Part shown: positions 58,901 through 64,000 of the stretch, piece by piece
Numbering within the stretch: the first letter of the stretch is position 1
Layout: the number at the start of each line of letters is the position of its first letter
Assembly: GCA_003344405.1 (NCBI GenBank)
Contig: NOWV01000150.1
Coordinates: forward strand, 1 to 64,000
Reading direction: 5' to 3'
Origin: Trichoplax sp. H2
Lineage: Eukaryota
DNA: 64,000 bases
Made by a program: the position numbers and the translations under genes
The notes under the pieces: model-generated
The model's database searches: none
What the model was told of the DNA's origin: nothing
What the model saw: the letters and a program-made list of their open reading frames with translations, nothing else

Positions 58901-61900
58901 TGATGTAACATCCCCTGTATTACATTTTCATATCGCTGCCAGTATTCATCCTAGCAACGATATGCCATTACTTCCAGCTATTACTCCTAAATCTGGTTCT
59001 AATAGTAATAAAGCGCCGTTCATCCTTCATTGGCTTAACAATAAAGAACTCCAATACTCTATCTCCTTTGAAGCAATTACGACGACCATTGCAGAATCTA
59101 GTAGCACTGATTCTGGTATAGAGTCAGCTGCTAAGGGAAAGAAAGGAGCTACCAGCAAAGATCGCCTTAGTATTCCTTCTGGAACACAGGGCGAAAATGA
59201 AGAATTCTCTGACTATGAAGGTGCGCAAGACGATGATACCCCTGAAGATACTGCTACTGATAAATTACAACCGCCAAATGATATTTCACTCAATACTGAT
59301 AAATCCAACAAAAAGTGGAAAAGAATCAAGAAAAGGGGTGGTAAGAAGGCTCTCGAATATTTTAAGGTCCACAAAAGACAAAGTCGTGATATCACAAGTC
59401 TATTCGGTAGCGGGCGGACCTCATCTGTTAGTATACCTACCTCTAATGTATCTGCGCTTAATTCTAATCAGATGAAAATTAATGAGCTCAATCGCCAATG
59501 GAATCAGAGTACTGATTCACTATTTTGTATTCATCCAAAAGATGGCTCTCTTCTGGTATGGCTTATTGAATGGCTGGACGATATTGCTCCATCTTGTTAT
59601 CGTCAGCCGCACGTTAGCTTTTCATCGCGCATACCGAATGCTGTACCTACTGGCGATTCCTGTACACTGTCCCAAAAGTTATGTATTTACAGAACTAATA
59701 AACAATCAACCGTAAGAGATAGTAGAATTAAGCCAAACTTAAGGAGGGCTAGATCATTATCTACTCAAAGGTTGAATCTATTGTCTAGAACGGCTTCTGT
59801 ACAGCGTGTTGATGCATTATCAGCTCTTTATTCTCTAAGAAGTGATTCTACTGTTGATATTGTTATGATAACAACTCATTCTGATGGTACAATGAACAAA
59901 TGGCATGTTGGATTTGCGGATAATTCATACTATAACACAATAACTAGTTTAACTCATGGTGCTCGATGCTGTGGATCGCGCTTTCATACCGATTCCGTTT
60001 ATTGCCATCCAGTGTTACCGTTATTACTTACAGTATCACATCAAAAAGACAATGCTAGGAAAAATTCTAATAGTAATAATATCATCACTGATACAAGTCT
60101 TAAAAGTTCGGATGAGGAGAAATATACTAAATCAAGTGAACTCATGCTATGGCGAGTTGATTGTGTAGGCCCAATGTTTCAAAGTGGTGGATTGTATGAA
60201 TTAGCTCGGATACAATCTAGTCGATGCTCAGATTTTGTTGCTGTAGCTTGGCTACCGTCGTTACTATTTAATTCGCCCTTATCAACCTCCAGTATGTCTC
60301 TCTCAATAGTTTCTGCAACCCCGTGTGCTTGCTTTGTTGCATGCGATCGCCGATCAATTAAGTTTTATCAAGCAATTCTGGATGCGCAAGCGATGTTAAC
60401 TGCTGCTCATGATGTTCATAACCAAATACGCGATGGTTACATGACAACCAAGAAAGAAACTTTTGCTACACTTCCCGGTTATGTTGATCCACATTTTATT
60501 GACAGCATAGTCAGTTTACAATCTGGGAAGCAGCCTGGTTGTATCCTTGAATTATGCACATTAAATGATTCCAATTGCAAATTATCCGACCCAATCTTTC
60601 TGCATGTATTTTCTGAGAGTTCATTATTTGGTCCAAGAGTAACTCAGCATGGAAATGATATTGGCCAACGAGCTAATGAGCATTATTTCGTAGTTGGCTT
60701 AGAAAACATTAAGACCAACGATAATAAAATCAAAACTATGTTATACATGTGGCGCATTTTAATTATTACTGAAGTCGAACCATTAAAGAACAAGCAAAAC
60801 AATGCTGAAAAGTCAGATCAAAATGTGTTCAAGTTTACCGAAAGTGCGATAGAGTCGCTAGAATTATCAACTGAGTCAACCGTATTTGACAATACGCCTA
60901 AAACTCCAATGTTTTTGTCATCAATGCACACATCTGCTTCTATCCAATCTTTAAAAGTGTACGAGAAAGAGTTGGATTTGCCCCCTGATGTCTATGTAAC
61001 AGAAGCCTCTGCTTCTAGTGACACGTTTATTACGTCTGCAATTCAGATATCTTCAAAACCGAATTACCTAATTTTAACGACTTGTAGTGATAGTGTGACA
61101 AGATTTTGGAACTGTGCCTCAGTTCTTGAGAATCCACAAGATATCACTCCTAGTGCGTATGAACCATTTTTATGGTATATGTGGAGTGCTAGTCGCCTAC
61201 ATGATCCAGCTTCTACAGCATCCAATAAAAGGCTTGTTAATTGTTCAGCAAATGGCAAAGTTGCTTGCTTAGAGGAGATGATGTCGGATAGTAACGATTG
61301 GGATGTTAAGGTATCTATATGGGAATGTGAATCAACTGGTTCATCCGTATGGATTTTAGATGATTCATTATACTTGTCAGATTATGGATTACAGTCTATG
61401 CCATTAATAGCCAATTCTGATAATGATCTCAGTTCTCAAGACGAAAACGTAAATTTGAACTTGTGCTGGTCACCTTGTGAAGATGGTAAATTCTTACTAA
61501 CAGTTGCCGTAGCTTCAAAGGTATTTATATTTGCGGAGTCTCTCATTCCTCCGTATAGTATTGGTGAATTATCAAGTAAAAGTACAGCATCGTCATTAAA
61601 TACGCCTAAGGCATCGCCTTCTGCTGTATCGCCTGTCGTTCCTGCAAGCTGGCAAAAAACGAGTACTACTGCAACGCAAATCAAGCCTGTTAAACATCGT
61701 TGGTCAATAATTCGTGAAGTAAATATAGATGCATACACTCTTTATAAGTGTCCACTTTCCATTGATTTACTGACATGGGTTAGAGACGGTATGTTAATTA
61801 TTGGATATAACAAGGAACTTCATGTATTTTGCCAGTGGAATGAGAGAAACCCATCTTATGAGAAAGTATCTGTGCCTGGTGAAAATGTAGCTTTTGCTAC

Positions 61901-64000
61901 TAACGATGAAGACAGTACTGGACTATTTGAGAAGGCTTGGTTTACAATGCCTATACTACCACAGTATCATCCACACCAACTCATTGAGTTGATCAAATGT
62001 GGAAGAATTCGTCGTGCTCGTGCGATTCTAGCTCATCTCCTGAAATGTGTCGCTGGCGCTGAAGCTACTTCTGTAGCGATAGGTGCTGGTGATGAAACCC
62101 AGCGATCTCGTCAATTTAGCACAGATAGTAACGGTAGTCACAATAAATCATTTTCATTTAGTAGGAGTAGGAACGTAAGTACCAGCAGCTTCAAGGGTAT
62201 TAATCCCGATGGTGATATAGAAGAAGAAAGAACGTTATCATTCTTACCTTTGCCTTTACACTTATTACTGCAAGCAGATCAGGAAAATTATAAGAAAGTA
62301 AGATATCTTACTTAGAATAGCACTTTTGCTGCAGTAGATTTGATAGAATTAGATTAATAATCTTTGTTGTTCATTCATTAATTTTTGATAGTTATGTAAG
62401 TTGGAAGGTGAGAAAGGGGTTGATAGCGCTGCAGGGTTCATGGATATAGACGATTACGATATGTTAAACTATGACGAGAATCCAAGTGCCTTGTCAAGTT
62501 CTCCTAAAGGTGATGATATGGTAGCTAATAAAGAACTAGCAGAAAATCAGACGCTAACTCAGATTCGACAAAAGAGTTTAACGTATTTTGGAGTAGCACA
62601 AGCGAAACTACTCGCTTCTAGTCTTGCTAAAATGCAACTCCCTGGTTTAACTAGCCTTGATCAACTATACCTGTTAACACTAGCTGAAGATATTGGATCA
62701 ATTAAAGTTGAAATTGGAGCATTTTCTCATCAAGATAAAGATGAAGAAAGTACGTTTCAAACTACTAATCGAATGACAGCAGCAAGTTCCTTTACTAGTA
62801 GCGATGGTGGTGGTTATGCTAATGTAGACAGATTGTCGTCTGGAAGTGGAGTTGAATCTGTTGATGATTGTGGCCTTCGGTTCCTTTTAGCGATGAGATT
62901 GCATATAGCACTGAATCGTTCTTTACCTCCACGCTATCGGATGTCATTAGACAAACAGATGTCTACATCTAATTTTGCTTGGGCATTTCATTCTACTTCT
63001 GCTGAAGATTTGGTCGCTCTTATACCTGCTGTTCATCGTGGCGATCCCTCTTGGGAAGAACTTCGAATGGTTGGTGCAGGTTGGTGGATCAGGAGTAACG
63101 ATCTTTTAAGGCGATGTGTAGAAAAGGTCAGTAACATATATTAGGGATCGCAATATTTACCAAGATATTTCTTAAATACTTCTTTCCTGTTAAATTGTTT
63201 AAAGGTTGCAAGAACTCAATTTAATGCCAATCAAAATCCGTTAGATTGTGCGTTATTGTATTTGGCGATGAAAAAAAAGAGTTTAATAACAAACTTGTTT
63301 AAGTATGCCATGTAGATTACTCTGTACCTTATTGGTTTACATATGAAATGACTGATTAATATTATAAGCATCATTTTTTCTCGTATAGAACGGTTCAGGA
63401 TAGCAAGATGACCCAATTTTTTGCTCATAACTTTGCCGAAGACCGATGGAGAAAGGCAGCTTTAAAAAATGCTTATGTTCTTCTTGGACAGCAGCGTTTC
63501 GTGGTCGCTGCGGCATTCTTCTTACTTGGTGGATCTCTATGGGATGCTGTGGAAGTCTGTTTGAATCGATTAAACGATTACCAATTAGCACTTGTTATTA
63601 CAAGATTACATAGTGGTGATGACTGTAATAGTAATCAGACTTTATATCGGATCTTAAATGAATACGTATTAGGCAATGCTGATGACAATGAAGGATTACG
63701 AGATCCTTTCTTACGTAGTATTACCCATTGGTGGCTTAAAGACTATGCTATGTCATTAAATATTCTCCTCGATACTGTTAGTTCTAATGAAATTGACAGT
63801 GCAACTGGTTACGAAATCGTAAATCCTGATATATTTTACCTATATTATTATTTGCGACTTCATCCAGTAATTAAGAAGACTCGATTTGCTGCAGTTCCAG
63901 CATCCCTTCAACAGCCTAGTTCTGCAACAAGTGCTATCTTATCGAGAAGGGCATTATCTAAACCTAACAACAAGCCACTACTGTCGATTGTTACAAATAC
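55908..64000 (+). CDS. DMXL2: DmX-like protein / rabconnectin-3 alpha (WD40 plus Rav1p_C); 5' part, continues beyond the right edge
   Basis: MREHQVLTGTANLGD..|AYASGCDVVIL (human MHLHQVLTGAVNPGD..AYGSGCDIVIL), YSFIYITHPRAVTGFSWRSTSKHM, FHIAASIHP, HPKDGSLLVWLIEWLD, CHPVLPLLLT, LPQYHPHQLIEL, VDDCGLRFLLAMR, RWRKAALKNAYVLLGQQRF. Likely co-orthologue of DMXL1 and DMXL2. Confidence 0.95.

Overview
Eukaryotic, AT-rich, intron-dense animal DNA with mostly ~70-300 nt introns. The compact gene structure, the vertebrate-like orthologues and the abundant ACAGT/ACTGT pentamer arrays point to a placozoan (Trichoplax-like); that is inference. Ten multi-exon genes are readable by hand: ABCB1-like (-, runs off the left edge), RAP1GDS1 (-), LARP7 (+), GMPPA (-), POLK (+), DTWD2 (-), CWC22 (-), WDR93 (+), HMGCR (+) and DMXL/rabconnectin-3 alpha (+, runs off the right edge). 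There is also an orphan pair of intact 3'-terminal ABCB exons (7204-7637) that the ORF track misses. Main observations: (1) the orphan ABCB half-NBD has candidate upstream exons and a promoter-like array of its own; (2) ACAGT/ACTGT arrays mark gene 5' ends, with function-appropriate motifs beside them (SRE cluster at HMGCR, RFX X-box at WDR93, M-box+ETS at DMXL); (3) a gap-flanking duplicate of the RAP1GDS1/LARP7 promoter shows array-length and insertion differences; (4) a 126-nt PIP-box-containing duplication in POLK; (5) a hAT-like remnant and CCATGG-bounded palindromes; (6) gene pairs that are also linked in human. Gene boundaries come from manual translation and recalled homologue sequences; no searches were run.
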